Shown here: in pieces, positions 47,120 to 48,327 of the stretch
Layout of the letters: the number at the start of each line of letters is the position of its first letter
Position numbering within the stretch: position 1 is the first letter of the stretch
Source of the DNA: Octopus bimaculoides
Taxonomy: Eukaryota
Assembly (NCBI RefSeq): GCF_001194135.2
Contig: NC_068989.1
Coordinates: 5,701,599-5,749,925, forward strand
Direction of reading: 5' to 3'
Length of the DNA: 48,327 nucleotides
Notes under the pieces: generated by a model
Told to the model about the DNA's origin: nothing
Database searches by the model: none
What the model saw: only the letters and a program-made list of their open reading frames with translations
Program-made: the position numbers and the translations under genes

Positions 47120-47280
47120 TGCAAATCCAGATAAATATATACACACACACAAATCCACATATATATGTATGGATTTGTGTGTGTTTGTGTGTGTATATGT
47201 ATATATGTATATCTATGAGCTTGTATGTATATATATAGATGTACATACACACGTGCATATAAACGCAAGTACACACACGT

Positions 47281-47323
<43 letters not shown>

Positions 47324-47672
47324 CAGAACTGTATCAAACAGAAAACGAAGGTATCCAAAAACAAAAAAAACAAAAAAAAAACATAACAAAGAGTAGAAAG
47401 TAAATAAATTGTTGACCTTCCTTAAAAAAGGAAAACATTTGATAAGTGAATGCTTTAACCTTAGATTAGCCTGACATAACTGCTGCCCCAATCCACCATG
47501 CCCCACCCTCCCTGCAACCGTGCACCGCCACCCTCCCCCNNNNNNNNNNNNNNNNNNNNNNNNNNNNNNNNNNNNNNNNNNNNNNNNNNNNNNNNNNNNN
47601 NNNNNNNNNNNNNNNNNNNNNNNNNNNNNNNNNNNNNNNNNNNNNNNNNNNNNNNNNNNNNNNNNNNNNNNN

Positions 47673-47753
47673 TATATATATATATATGTATGTATGTGTG
47701 TATATATATATATATATATATGCATAAAGACATACATATATGTGTGTGTGTGT

Positions 47754-47789
<36 letters not shown>

Positions 47790-47864
47790 TATGGATAAAC
47801 ATTGATATACACATACACACACATATATACATATATATATATACACACACATAAGCACACACAA

Positions 47865-47907
<43 letters not shown>

Positions 47908-48327
47908 GGATAAACATTGATATACACATACACACATATATACACATATATATATATATATATATATATGCACATAAGCACACACAAACATATGTGTGTG
48001 TTTGTATATGAGATTTCATGGATATGAACATACACTAAAAATAAATGTACACACATATATACACATACACAATTCATATATATATATATATATATCCATA
48101 CATATGCACACACACATATATATATGCACACACGCATATATATATATGCACACACACACACACATATATATACAAACATGCGCACACACACATACATACG
48201 CACTAATATATATATATATATATATATGTGCACACACACACACATATATATATATATACATACAAACGCACACACATACATCCATGTGCATATATATACA
48301 CACTAATTCCCACACACATATATAGTG
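47673..48327. repeat. Compound TA/CA microsatellite with a ~116-bp higher-order unit
   Basis: ATTATGGATAAACATTGATATACACATACAC at about 47788 and 47904; CATAAGCACACACAAAC repeated. Confidence 0.93.

Noticed and set aside
1-48327. CRISPR arrays, rRNA or prokaryotic operons
   Set aside because: No regularly spaced repeat-spacer array, no rRNA-like sequence, and the DNA is clearly eukaryotic repeat-rich.

Overview
This is repeat-saturated, AT-rich, essentially non-coding animal genomic DNA from a gapped short-read assembly (10 N-gaps, one bordered by an Illumina adapter remnant). The repeat content looks like a coleoid cephalopod, probably octopus; that is an inference from recalled repeat families, not a database result. 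I cannot support any host protein-coding gene. Almost all supplied ORFs are microsatellite or N-gap artefacts. The only recognisable protein sequence comes from decayed transposons: mariner transposase fragments and R4/Dong, CR1, Tx1/L1 and RTE LINE fragments. The rest is dozens of tRNA-derived SINE copies (at least four families), RTE 3' ends, TTAA-flanked piggyBac-type and hAT-type MITEs and compound microsatellites. The most interesting structures are a Penelope-type fragment with a decayed minimal hammerhead ribozyme and a 30-bp hairpin (13.5 kb), a 215-bp fold-back palindrome (36.3 kb), a 104-bp MITE-like inverted repeat (4.7 kb), a dense motif cluster with an RFX X-box and CCAAT box (9.1-9.4 kb), inverted SINE pairs able to form long dsRNA, and a few unconfirmed exon candidates. 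I did not find a clearly novel biological system.
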